From Mesotaenium endlicherianum (Eukaryota): DNA of 44,130 nt. This document shows positions 22,701 through 34,813 of the stretch, in pieces. The stretch covers positions 118,680 through 162,809 of the forward strand of contig WELA01001451.1 of the NCBI GenBank assembly GCA_009602735.1, given 5' to 3'. The notes beneath the pieces are model-generated. The model made no database searches, was not told the DNA's origin, and saw only the letters and a program-made list of their open reading frames with translations. Every line of letters begins with the position of its first letter. Position 1 is the first letter of the stretch. Made by a program: the position numbers and the translations under genes.

Positions 22701-23426
22701 ACCAGCCCCACCGGCGACATTGGCGGCGATGGCTGCGGCTGCGGCTGCGGCTGCGGCTGCTGCTGCAGGGGCTGTGGCGGCGGGGGCGGCTCCGGCGCCT
22801 CTCCCCACGTGAGGAAGGTGGTGTAGAAGTCCAGCATGGCGTCTGCGTCCTCCCCCCCTGCTCACCCACGCTTCCCAGAGCAGCGTTCGCACCCCGGCCC
22901 CACAGACCGACTCCGCCCACAACACGGCCTCCGACCCCGCCCCAGCCCCCGCCCCAGGCCCCGCCCCGGCAGTTCCAGATAGGCAGACACGAAGTCAGCA
23001 GGGGCCATCTGAGCACAGCCACAATAGCGGGCAGGGGCCCCAGAGGTGTGAAATCCGTTCCGGGCCGCTCCAGGCAGGCAGACACAAAGCCAGCAGGCGT
23101 TCTCACAGCAAAGAGCAACAACTGCGCCAGGGGCTGGGTATCCGAGAAAAAGTGAGACCAGCAGATTCGGCTTCGTCGGGAAAGGCAGGGGAGGCAGGGG
23201 GGGCTCACGGCACGCCCCGACGGCTTGCAACAACAGAAGAGCTAGCTGACAGAGAGAGACTGCATCATCAGGTTCATCAGGGAGGGCAAGGGCAGGGGGG
23301 CTTACGGCACGCCTCGAGGGCTCGCGACATCAGCTCCTCGTCGCGAGGGCAGCCCACCTCCGCAATCCTCTGGGCCAGGGAGGCTCTCTGCTCTACTCCC
23401 CCATCTGCGGGCCCGGGGTGCAGCAT
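14377..23426 (-). CDS. DRM: DRM-family de novo DNA (cytosine-5) methyltransferase, copy B, apparently intact. Exons 23426-23306, 22857-22703 (or -22712), 22226-21682 (spans N gap), 20985-20701, 19868-19774, 19091-18932, 18191-17916, 16848-16769, 15984-14377
   Basis: The terminal exon is open for 536 codons with DRM motif order FYFENV, ARRDRIYIHNL, LEPEEMEALMGYPRGHT, AIGNAF, PFAGIGG, VVSIE, FDLIAGGSPCGNFSG, LFYEFSRIV; catalytic ENV, RxR and PC are present. There are three UBA-like units (EVGCP, TMGFD, DMGYA). All introns are GT-AG with consistent phases. An in-frame TGA two codons upstream of ATG 23426 supports that start. The exon 3 frame cannot be verified because of the gap. Confidence 0.88.
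18744..18870. repeat. Intronic GAG/GAGCAG low-complexity repeat in copy B intron 6
   Basis: gcaggagcagg/gaggaggagcag run. Confidence 0.8.
21768..22140. other. Assembly gap (N run) inside the Gly-rich exon 3 of DRM copy B
   Basis: 373 N flanked by ccccgccc repeats on both sides. Confidence 0.95.
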
Positions 23427-26251
23427 CACTCAGGGGACAGAGGCGCAAAGACGCCACTGTTGGAGCGCGCGCTCAGAGCTTGGGCTCGGGCTCAGGGCTC
23501 GAGCTTGGGCCAGTGGCTGCTGCGGCTCCGTCACCTGTACGATGTACGATGTGCAATGGCCAGCGCGCGATCTTCTCCCCCGCAAACCTGCTCTCTGAAC
23601 ACGCACACACGTCGAGGACGGAAGCAAGCAAGTTCGGGCTCGCAAAGGTGTGAGACACGCATGCGGCGTGCTAGCGAACACACAGTCAGGCGCGCACACG
23701 TCACACGCGGAACACCTGGCGGACAGGTACCCACACCGCATGCAGGCACATTCGCATGGATGGACGATGGCACGCACACGCGCAGGCGCAGGCGCTCGTG
23801 CACGTGCCTATCAACACAAGGGTCCCTCAACGCGCATCGCCGAAAAGACAAATTGCCAGAGTAAGCTTCCAATCAAGCCGCTGCCTGAGTTGCAAACGTG
23901 CGCGTGATTACTGGCGAGGCAACGGCGCCTCTGGTCAAAGAAGGGACACCACAGCACAATACAGCACGGGAACCGAAAGAGGAGCAGCAGGAGGAGGATG
24001 TGTCCAAGCACACACGGGGGCGAGAGCAGGGTCAGCAGGAGAGACGACAGTCATTGTCCTCACACATGGCCCACAAGAGAGACGTACTCCCCGCAACGCT
24101 CGCAAGTGTCGAAGAGAGGCCCCCAGACGAAGTCAGCAGTAAGACCTGTCCCCAACCACCCTCAGGAGAGAGCACCTTTTAACAGGCACACAGCACATGC
24201 TTTTGCGAGCTTAACAAAAGCACAGACTGCGCAGCACATTTTTAGACAGACTCACAGATAGGCACGCGCACAAACTCTCACACACAGAGAGAGAGAGAGA
24301 GGGGAGGGGGGAGGGGGGGGAGCATGGAGCTCAGCCTGTGTGCCTGGAGCACAGGCACGCCTCCAAGACAGATTGAGCCTGCGACCCTGCAGGCCATCTG
24401 CCCCAGTATAATGACACTCTGGATTATGACTGTAGCCGAGTGGAGCCAGGCACCCCGGCAGCACAAATGTCCTATAACTAGGAGCAAGAGGCAAGACCTA
24501 GCGTAGTCTGAGCCAAAGGGGACTCAAGCGAGCATGGACAGCCCCCCCCCCCTTTGTTATCAGAGAGGGTATTGAAGGTACACCACCAGATTGAGGGCTC
24601 TGGCAGCGCAACCTGCTGAAAGATAAACATGGATGCAGGTATAGTGCCAGCAACTGGTACAGCAAAGGCACTGCTCTGTTTTGAAGTCGAGATGTGTCAC
24701 GGCATGACAGATGCCCATGAGCACCCCAAGCGCCCCCCCCCCACGGGATGTTCGACCAGCCCCTCTTTTCTCTCTTTCCCCCTTTGTACCATTGGCAAGC
24801 CAGAATTTGCACACAAATTCGTTTGAGCGATCTTCTTGACACGAAATTTACATCATAATTACAGTGCCCCTGACCAAGTTTGTGGTTTTTGATCACGAAA
24901 AGCTCCAGCTGGGGCAGGAGCCGACTGATACGGAGCAAGTGACACGCTCATGAACACGCTTCAGGCACTTGACATGTGTTGGCTCTCTCCAATATTACGT
25001 GCATTGCCTCTTGGATGCACCGACCAGACATCCCATCTATCAGTGAGCAGGACAAATGCTAAAGGAGGTAGGAAAAATATAGAGGGCGGGAGGGAGGGAG
25101 GGAGGAGGGGGAAGGAAAACTTACCGGAAAGAGGGGATCGTAGCTGAGAAAAGCGAGATGTATGTTGGGAAATGTGTGTACATTTTGAGCACGTCCGTGC
25201 GCGACTAACATCTTCCCACCTCTGTGTGACCTCAGGCCCGAGGGCGACTTCATTTTGTAGGCTCGGTCGAAATTTTGAAGCATGCTTAAGATCACAGCAT
25301 GCAGGCAAGCCGGCTACAGAGACGAGGCAAGAAGAAGCTTGACCAGAGCCAGGTGGAATAAACCACGTTGGTAAAAAGAATTGACGAGGCCACAAACTAG
25401 AACGAAAGTGTTCATGCAGCAAAATCGAGGGATTCCAAGCAATATAAATTACCCGCAAGTCAGCATTCTGTTCTGCATGCTCCAGCTGCTTCCGGCACTT
25501 TCGCATGCTCCATCGGAGGTCAACTACACCAACTAGCATGCTTGTAAGCTTCTTAACACGTCCACGTCGACGGCTGCCTCACTTTCTATATTGTGGAACT
25601 TCCTATAAAAGGAAAAAGAAAACAACGGACGACTAGAATCGTAATTAGGAATGTCAGAACGTCGAACAAGACTTCATAATAGACTCCAGTGCACACACTA
25701 CAGACATGTTCCAGCTTCACGTTCGACACAGAATATATATAACTACCGCGGCACACTGCTTCTTCCGCTGCCCGGCCCGTCAAGTATTGAAACTTGAAAG
25801 CACTCACTGTCTCTGACTATCTTCCAGGTCTGAATCCGACCAGTCTCTGCGCTGACCTAGTCTGCTCCAAGTGGACTTTTGATTTGCCTTCGCGACGTTT
25901 CGACCAAAGAAGTGTGGCAATCAGTGGCAGTGGTAGACACAGGTAGACACGTACAACGAAGGGGCAAGGGTCAGGACTCAGGAAGGGGATCAAGCAGAAG
26001 AAATGGCATCAACTGGGCCATTAGAGTCGCAACAGAAGCTTCGATTAAAAAAGTTGCAGCCAGATGTATTCGAAGCCATTCATACTCGTGCAAAATAGTA
26101 CAGGTTGACAGGGTAAGAATTGCTCTTGTCACCACTAGCGTAGAAGTTTCAGTGGCCCTTTTCCTCATTCAGCCTTCGTGCAATTCTTGCCTCTTTAGTA
26201 TCCGACAATACAGTACATCCTGCTGCTCTTTTCAAAATTCAGAAGGAGACT

Positions 26252-29200
26252 ATGGCCGCGAATCCCCTGCTTCAGCATGATGGAACACCTGTGCCTTTTA
26301 TCAGTGAAATGATGGTCTTGGCGAGGGAACATATCGAGTTCCAGGGCAGCAATTTACCCAGGTGCGGAAGTTGATATGCCACATGCACAGATGCTTATTG
26401 ATCAGGTTGATTTTTGTTAACAGTATGATACTTCTGGCGTTTGTCTTGAGGTTGGGTGACGGACTTAACTGAGACGTTGCGGGGCCTTGAAGCCCTCAGA
26501 CAGAGAGAGGAGGCGTGAGTGTTGCATGAGTGATGGTGGGGGCAAACAGGATCTTTTTTCAGTTAGCTGCATCTAGATGTCTCCGCGCAGTCTATGACGC
26601 TCGATATGTAGCAGGCAAGTTTGCAGTTGAAGTGCTTTCATCAAAAATTTAAGCAACTCTATAATTTCTGGTCCCCACCTTAGTTGGTCCATGATTATGA
26701 ACAGATTGGAATAAAGCCATGACTTGGATCTTGGCCATTCTGAATCATATTCCTCCTGCCATGTTCACACAGTGTTCCTGGTGGCAAGTGGTCTGCAAGA
26801 GGCATCCTGTATTTGACAAGTGTCCGCATGGTGTTTGTTGCAAGTAAACCCACCCCGCCAATAGTTGCCTTCGACATGCCTCTGGTAAGATATGCATGAT
26901 CACATCCATTAGCTTCTTGAGAACCATGCATGTGCCTTCATGCATACTCCTACATCCATATGCCTAGTGCAAACAGAACGTACAGGACGGACAGACCGTA
27001 CAGAATGTACAGGATGTACGGAACGTACAGAACGTACAGAAAGTGTTTGGATGACGGAGTGAGGTGTGAAGTAGTTTGACCACTTGTGCATCCGAGGACA
27101 AAGGACATCAGTGCCCAGGGCTGCTTGCATCTTGCACTGCAGAGTTGTCTGCTTCACTTGTTCTGTACTTGTGATGACAGCACGACAGCTGTCAGGTCTC
27201 AGACAATGCATCCTTTTGGATGGTTGTGATGCATGTCTGCATGCATAGCCTTTTTTTGAAGCTGCGCTGTCTAACTGGGAGGAAGATAGGTTGGTGTAAA
27301 GTCGGGTCATCAACCTGCCCTGCCAACACATATACACCCACATAGGAAGAGGGAAGGGCGAGAAGGGGGTAAGAAGGGAGGGGGGAGTGTAGACGAGAGC
27401 CATTTGAAAAGGAGAAGGGGACGGGGGAAGGAAGAGGGAGGGAACAGGGAAGCCAGGTGGCGTGACCCCAGATCTCCTTATCCTTAGCTGTGTTGTTCTC
27501 GCCTTGCTCTTTGCTCTCTTTGACATGCAGCTGTATGTGCACGGGGAGAAGTTCAACCAGCCCATCTTTGCGTGCAACAACCTGTCTGCCAGAGTCACTC
27601 CGGTAAGCTTGGGATCACACCTGCGTGTCCCCCCCCATGCTTAGTCCAGAAAGAAGCTTCAAACATCAAGAAGGAGCTGTTTCCTTCTCTGCTCTTACCT
27701 GGGTGTAAGCCTGGGTGTCACCCCCAGCAGCTCTTGGTCCAGGAAGAAGCTTAAAGAGAAGACGCTGTTTCCTCCATTTCTCTTACCCTCCTCTACGGCT
27801 GCTCGCTTACACCCCCTCGTATAAGCCTGAAGTGTCCCCGTTGCAGTACTCAATGTATCAAAAAGCTTCAAGAATCAAGAAGCTGTTTCTTTACTTCTCC
27901 TACCTACCTACGCAGCTTCTCACTTACGCCCTCGCTCCTCCCCCGCCACCCACACGCTCCACTTGGGACCACACACTCCAGGGGGTAGCTACCAGCTGGA
28001 CCCCCCAAGCAATGGCCGTGCTGCGGGGTCAGCGCTCGTGGGGTGCCTTCTCGAAGCACTTCCTTAGAAAGCTGCGCTCAACGTGAGATGCACCCAGTGC
28101 TAGATGTTCGTTCATCAGACGTGCAGGACGTGCGGGACATGCAGGAATCAGATGTGTGGGGCTTAGATCTGTGGGAATCAGGTGTGTGAGCAACAAGGTG
28201 TGTCGGAACTGGCAGCACCCTTTCTCTCTCGAAGGTGCAGCTTACCTTGCAACGGCTCCTCGGCCTGCGGCTGCCCTTAGCTCCAGACGTGAGGCTTCCC
28301 TTTGATCTTAAAAAACCCTAGATAGGCAGTGGGCGCTGAGTTGTACGAGGCTGCATGGAGCCACCAGGAGGGGGAGCTTTGACCAATGCCTGGCTGGGAG
28401 GAGTGAAGTGTCAGCGTGGGAAAGAGGGATTAACGGAGTGGGCGTGACAGGAGAGGTTGAGCGCTTTCATCGTCGTCTGCCACGGCCATTGGGAAGCGCA
28501 AGCAAGAGGAGGCTGTGTGTGTGCTGGCCAGCATGTGAAGGGTGTGCTCCGGCTGTTCGGAATTGGTTCGGGGGAGACCGGACTGGATAGGGAAGGGTTG
28601 GGCACTTTGACGCATGTCAGCCGCGGGGAGGTGCAAGAAAGAGGAGTCTGCGTGTATCTGCGTCAAAATCGTCGCTGTCTCTCAATATAATGACACCATG
28701 GAGAGCGGGCCAATCTAATGACACCACGGAGAGCGGGCCAATCTAATGACACCATGGAGAGTGTGCCAATCTAATGACACCATGGAGAGCGAGAACGAGT
28801 TGCGGGGGTGTCGCTGAACCCACTTTCCCCAAGGGCTCCGAGTCTCGGGGGTGCCACAGCTGTCCTCCACGGCCTGCGGGCTTCCACAAGGCTGCCACGT
28901 GTCAATGAACCCATTGTCTGAGGGCCGGGTGACTTAGAGCCTGCTACTTCCAAGGCCATCTCAGCTTTAGCAAGGACTGGATTCCCGCCAAAGCTGTTGA
29001 GAGTGTTCCACGTTGGCTCGCCCTGGCTGATGCCACGCAGCGCTGGGGGCAGAGATTCTCGGCTACAGCATTGCGACGCACTTTGGTCATAGGTGTCGAG
29101 GCGCGTCGCCGTCGCATGCATGCACCTTGTTTGCCAATGGTGGCAACGTACACTCGGGAGTTTGTGGGGGCCTCAGTCGGAGCGCATTGCACACGTCGTG

Positions 29201-29870
29201 CTTGGAGCGTGCGCGTTTGCCTCGGCCCTGCTGCGGCACGAGACTCGAGAGAGACATCCATAGAAAGCTCGACGAGTCTCTGACATGACCTTGCCGTCTG
29301 CTTCATCTTTTTCCTCCGGCCGCCTGTTCTGCTTTAAATCCACCTCCTGTTCCTGCTGCAGTCCAGGAAGTGGATCCTCTCTCGTATTCCGTATACTCTC
29401 GCAAGTTTGAGCTCTTGCAAATTTGAACTCCAGCGAGTGCCTGTCTGGATCTGGCTGGCCTCAACTCTCTCCCTGCCCCTGATCCCGTGCTCGTTGTTGG
29501 CGCCCGGTGGCACCTCATGCCCTTGACTCTTACCCTGCCCCTGATCACGTGCTCGTTGCTCGTTGTTGGCGCCAGGTGGCATCTCATGCCCCACAGCAGC
29601 AGCAGCAGCAGCAGCAGGCGAGTGACGGGCCCATCGAGTTCAAGGTACTCTTCAAGGAGGGAGGGGTGGGGACGTTCATCCCGGTATTCTTCGGTCTGCT
29701 GCGCTCATTGCGGGCGACGGCGCAGCAGCAGCAGGCCGCACATGCGGCGCACGTGAGCTATGCCGCGCAGACGCCCGGCGCTTCCCCCCCCGTGTCTCCG
29801 CTGCCCTCGCAGCAGCCTCCGGTCGAGGACATGATTCGGCACGCGTAAGTCTCCCCCGGTGTCTCCCTTG

Positions 29871-29905
<35 letters not shown>

Positions 29906-30735
29906 CATGTTTCAGGAGCCTTGACAGCACCATTATCACACACAATGAATCTACTCTCTGTGTGTGTGTGTGTGTGTGTGTGTGACTGCGTGTGAGCGCT
30001 TGTAAGTGGGTGTGCATGCATGCCTGTCTGTTTAAGACAAGGAGGACAGTGAGGCGTACCAGCATGGGGTCCACACATAAGTACGTGCAAGGAAAAAAGT
30101 GCGTGCTGGTTTTACGTAGACTGAGAGGGAGGGAGGAACGGCTGGGCCAGAAATACACACATCAAGCCTCAAATGCCCCGAGGATCAGAATCTCGCAAGA
30201 CCTATACAAGGCATGGATGCTGTGCTTTGTGATCGGAGGATCGAGGGAGGTAGGTCAACCTCAGACTCAACTTCAGATGACCCTGTGGAAATGACACAGA
30301 AATCGAAGTAGATGTTGTTGTGAAGGGTTTGAATGAAGCCATCCTTCTGGAGTGCGCCAAAGCCAAACGGTATGCTTGACCGCGCACAAAGTCACACACA
30401 CACCACAATCTGCACACACACACACATACACACACATATGTGTACACCACGCGTGCACACACGCACACACAGACACAAGAAGGGATAGAGAGATACATAC
30501 TCGTGTGTATCTCTTTCAGGGACCCCGAACGTGAGTTCCACATGCGTTATCACTTCCTCCTTGTCGTTGGACCTGCCACTGCCCTTGTCTGTAACAGGGA
30601 GGAAGCTACTCAAACACATAACTCACATGATTCTTATTTTTGTGTGGCAGGTACGTGGACCCCAACGACCCCACCAGACTCTACTTACAGCAGCCGCGTG
30701 AAGACGAAGTGGCAAATAGGCGACAGAACTACTGA
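26252..30735 (+). CDS. WBP2-like / UPF0664 PH-GRAM domain protein. Exons 26252-26361, 26773-26884, 27531-27602, 29576-29844, 30651-30735
   Basis: Spliced product MAANPLLQHDGTPVPFISEMMVLAREHIEF...ARGILYLTSVRMVFVASKP...AFDMPLLYVHGEKFNQPIFACNNLS...FKVLFKEGGVGTFIPVFF...VEDMIRHAYVDPNDPTRLYLQQP resembles the plant WBP2/UPF0664 family as I recall it. GT-AG sites and phases are all consistent. Confidence 0.9.
26974..27041. repeat. ~9-bp tandem repeat (cagaacgta-like), intronic
   Basis: About 7 degenerate copies. Confidence 0.8.
28683..28791. repeat. 28-bp minisatellite, 4 copies, intronic
   Basis: caatctaatgacaccatggagagcgggc at 28683, 28711, 28739 and 28767. Confidence 0.9.
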
Positions 30736-31989
30736 CTCTAAGATTGTACAATAGAGAAGGAAACACCAATGTATATAATTTCTGATATCAAACACCCCTC
30801 TATCCTGTGCACACCTTGTTAGCTGGTTATTCGAATCACAGAATGTGCACAATGAGTGCATGCCTGCAATACGCATCTGAAATGCTGCGAGGCAAATTTC
30901 ATTCTGTGGTTCATGTGTTGCTGGCAGCTGATCGGCATTCACACAGCCTGCACCAGTCATGCCTTAGGTTTAAAAGGCCATGGGATCGTAAAACGGACTT
31001 TGCTATATCGAGCGTAACATTTTAATTGTTGGTAGACATGTATTTAATATGCATACTATATATTGGAAGTCTGACATACTTAGTAGAACCAAAGTGCAGC
31101 AACAGGAACACTCGTTGTACGCAAAAGTGGTGCGAGCAGATGAGCTCCCAGAGATGGACAAGTTGCAGAAGCAAGCTGATTGCATGCATGTCAGCTGATA
31201 TCTCGAAGAGTACCTTGCAGCCTACTTGTAGTCCGGCATGTCTTCTGCATTCTGGCTCACATTAATAAGCTTCACAAATTCTGGACTGCGCACTGTAACC
31301 ATGTATTGTCATTGAGCATTCCAGAAACCCTACGTACAGACGCTACAGTAGTATACGCTGCTTTGCAATTCACGTGGAGATGTCCTGTCACTTGCAACGC
31401 GTTATACTCTTTCTTGCACAGAACAAGCAATGGCAGTCAAGCTGTAAGCTCTGGGGAGAAGAAGCTTCCTACAACCCCACTACTCTCTCAATGCTACAAT
31501 CCTCTGTACAAATCCAGCTCCTTGCTCGACACATTGCGGTCCCGCCAAGCCCATCTGTATGCAAGGATAGGATGTTACGCCCTCGAGCCCCCTTGCAACA
31601 ATGCACTTTCTGCGTGATTGTTTTCCACGTCAACATACTAATGACAGCCATTATATCGGCCAACAATCAATCACATAAATGCCTCGAGCACCAGTGGGAA
31701 ATAATATTCCCACAACCTCATCTTCTTCTTCCACACCGCAACATCGAGCCTACTGCACTGACACTGTCAGTGTCAGCACGCTCCACACAACGCGCTATTC
31801 ACAACACGCCTCCATTCTTACGCTACTGATCACAGAAGTGCTTGGCACTCTGTGGCGCTACTATGCACACAAGTGTAATATGCTACTATGTACACTAAAA
31901 TATAATTATTGCTACCGCTCACACTACAAGTGTATGACAAGTGTAGGCCTCAGCGTACTCCACCTCAGGCTCACCGAGGCTCACCCCTC

Positions 31990-34309
31990 AGCCAGCCAAT
32001 GCACGAGGGGTGGAACTTTCCGCCCCTCGTTCACACCATGATCCTACAAAGCCCAGGTTGCACGAGCCTTGCGGCACAAGTCCTGCACAGTCATCCATTT
32101 GCACGGCCTTCAAAAGCTGAGTCAGTCGGGACCTCGTCCGCCCCGATGTCGGCTCTCTGTCTGCCTCCTCTTCCATCCGCCCGGGGGCATAGGTGGCGTC
32201 TGAGGATTGCTCCTCTTTCTAAAGTCGGGAGGCTGGCGCTCATGCCTCCCCTCCCCCCTCCTCATCATGCCGGCAGGAGGTCCGTGCTGCCTCATTCCAC
32301 CCACACCACCTGCGGCCTGAAGCACGAGGAGCGAACCACAATCTCCTTGAGCATTCACGCAAGCTCCTGTCCCCCCCCCCCCAAAACCCCCCTCTCTCAC
32401 ACACTCAATCTCCCTCACTCCCTATGTGGGCGCGTGCGCGTGCGTGTGTATGTGCGTGTGTATGTGCGCGTGTGTGCAGTGTGTATGCTAATGCATGTGT
32501 GTGTGTGTGCGTGTGTGTGTGCGTGTGTGTGACCACTATCGGCTGCTATTCTGGGCAGTTACAAGGTGCTCCCCAGTTGCCTTAAGTGAGTAGGCGTGGG
32601 ACTCTTGGAGAGCTTAGCACCTTCTGCTCAGGAGAGCTACTGGCAGGTTTCACTTCAAACAAGATGACTGGATACCCATAGAAGAAGCTAGCACTGACTG
32701 CATGCATGACTGTGGGCGTGACACCTGGATTCATTCAGCTGGATTTAGACCCAGGGGATGGGAAAGAGTGCACGGACCGTCACTGCCAGAAGGAAACAAG
32801 GCTGAAACTCTAAGAAAATAGAACTCTGCGAAACAAGCAGACATTGATGCATGTCCCAGCGCACGCGCAAGCACTCACACACGCACGCGCACACACGCAC
32901 GCCCGCGCGCGCGCAATCTCTTTTCCTCAGATGTAAAGAAAGGGAGCGAGCGAGCGAGCGAGAAAGAGAGAGAGAGAGAGAGGGAGAGGAAGTACCTGAG
33001 AAAAGTGGACAGGCGCAGGCGCGGGGCCCATTTCCTTCAGGCCCCAATCCAGCGACTGTGTGAAGCTCCAGCCGACTGCAGGGCATGCCACACGAGACAC
33101 ACCATCTGCCAACATGAGGCTGCTGGCTCGCTGGCTGGCTGGCTGGCCTTGTAGACCTCAATATCAGACTGAACTACTAATGGCTGGCAGTGGCTTACGT
33201 GGTACCCCTCGTTTCAGAGGCTTCTCCCGCACCCCTCACACTCACAGCAGCCCTCGCACTCGCAGCGCCCCTTGCACTCGCAGCCCCCACAGTCGCAGCC
33301 ATCCAGTCTACAAGCAGGCAGGGAGGCAAGCTGCGCTGCACGTCAATGCACCAAGCACCTGGCTGCTTCAAACTATGCATGGACAACAGGAGCTGGCTGA
33401 GGGGAGACGCGCGTGTGTGCAAGTACAACTCCTCGTGCCCCTTCGGGACTATTAGCACCTGTCGATGCGAGTCCTTCAGGCATACAACTGAAAATGTTTG
33501 CAGACTGAGGGCTGATCGAGGGCCCCAAGCTTCTTGAGAACCTCAGGCTCGAGGGGAGCTTTGAAAGCAAGGAATTCATCCGCAGCTGCCAAAGCGGCCA
33601 GCGGCTAGCCTGAGGAGCTGACATGTAGAGAACCCCAGAAAAAAGCACCCAGGGAGCAGCAGCAGGCTGCATGGGGCAGGCGCTATAGCTCAACGCACGT
33701 TGCACGTGTACATGCGCGTGGGCACTCATTGCACGTGTACGTCCACGTGGCACTTGCCAGCTGGCAGCTTGCGGACCAGCTTGGCTGTTCCCTGAGAGAA
33801 GACTCTGACCGAGTGAGGGCGGAGGGCTGACAGAGGGGCCCCCCTCTCTTTGGAAGCCTCAGGGCACGTGGTGACGTGGCGCTCACCATCTGGCGGCTCA
33901 AGGATCAGCTTGGCTGCGCAGCGTCGCCCGAAGCGTTGACACATGGCGGGAGGGGTAGCCGAGGTCAAAGAAGTGGTACTTGAAGACCCTCACCAGCAGC
34001 TCGCCACATGGCGCGTCCTCGGAGGCGGCGGCGGACTTGCTGGCAGACGCGCCTGCAGCGCTTGTGGACAATAGACGAAAGCGTTTTTCCGCCTTAACAT
34101 TTCTGTAGCCACTTTCAACACTGCCAGCAAAGTCCCAGCCATCAGTGTAGGCTCATGGACTTTACGAATAAGAGTAGCAGCCTCAAGGCCTTTATAGCCA
34201 TGGCTCCCGGTACACTCTGCTCCACAGTCGCATATGCACACTCTCCCTCCCTCCCTCCCTCCCTCCCTCCCTCCCTCTCTCCCTCCCTTCATCTCGCGCA
34301 CTCTAGCAN

Positions 34310-34376
<67 letters not shown>

Positions 34377-34813
34377 CAAGAAATGAGGCCAGTAGGAGGC
34401 CGATAGGGGCCAGTAGGGGCCAATAAGGGGCCAATAGGGGCCACTAGGGGCCATTAGGGGTCATTAGGGCCCAGCAGGGGCCAATGAGGGAGCGCAGCGC
34501 TACATGCCGAACTCTACACACCGTTTTTCCAAGTGCACACGGAGTTGGGAGCATCCGGGTGGCAACGGGGGGCACGCGCAGCTCTCCCTAGATTCCGTTG
34601 CTGACTGCCAGCTGGCATGCAGGCAGCCCTCGGCAGGCACACAAGTGGCACCGCAAACTCAGGAAGGGCAGATGCAAAGACCTCCAACCTCCATGCGCAC
34701 AGTGACGTGTGCAGGAGCCTACCAGGAGCGTCGACAGCCTTCAACTTCTGGCGCTCCTCTGGAGCACAGGCCAGCTCCTGAGCCTTCTGCTTGAGGGAGG
34801 GCCTCTGCTCCAT
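31990..34813 (-). pseudogene. Truncated DRM-like paralog, copy C: N-terminal UBA-like exons only. Exons ~34813-34723, 34052-33887, 33075-32996, 32316-~31990
   Basis: MEQRPSLKQKAQELAC resembles copy B VEQRASLAQRIAEVGC. FKYHFFDLGYPS/AMCQRFGRRCAAKLI resembles FRDLFEDMGYASAVCDWIAPKCAARLK, with a +1 frameshift near 33948. An 80-nt exon GWSFTQSLDWGLKEM matches the 80-nt exon B2 GWSFEELLAWGLDKL. PPDFRKRS..MPPGGWKRR and RSRLTQLL resemble the start of the terminal exon. No ENV, GxGG or PC motif follows. Confidence 0.72.
34386..34490. repeat. 10-11-bp minisatellite (ggccaatagg-like), about 10 copies, next to (CT)n and (CCCT)n tracts
   Basis: Direct reading; (CT)n at 34310-34373. Confidence 0.85.
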
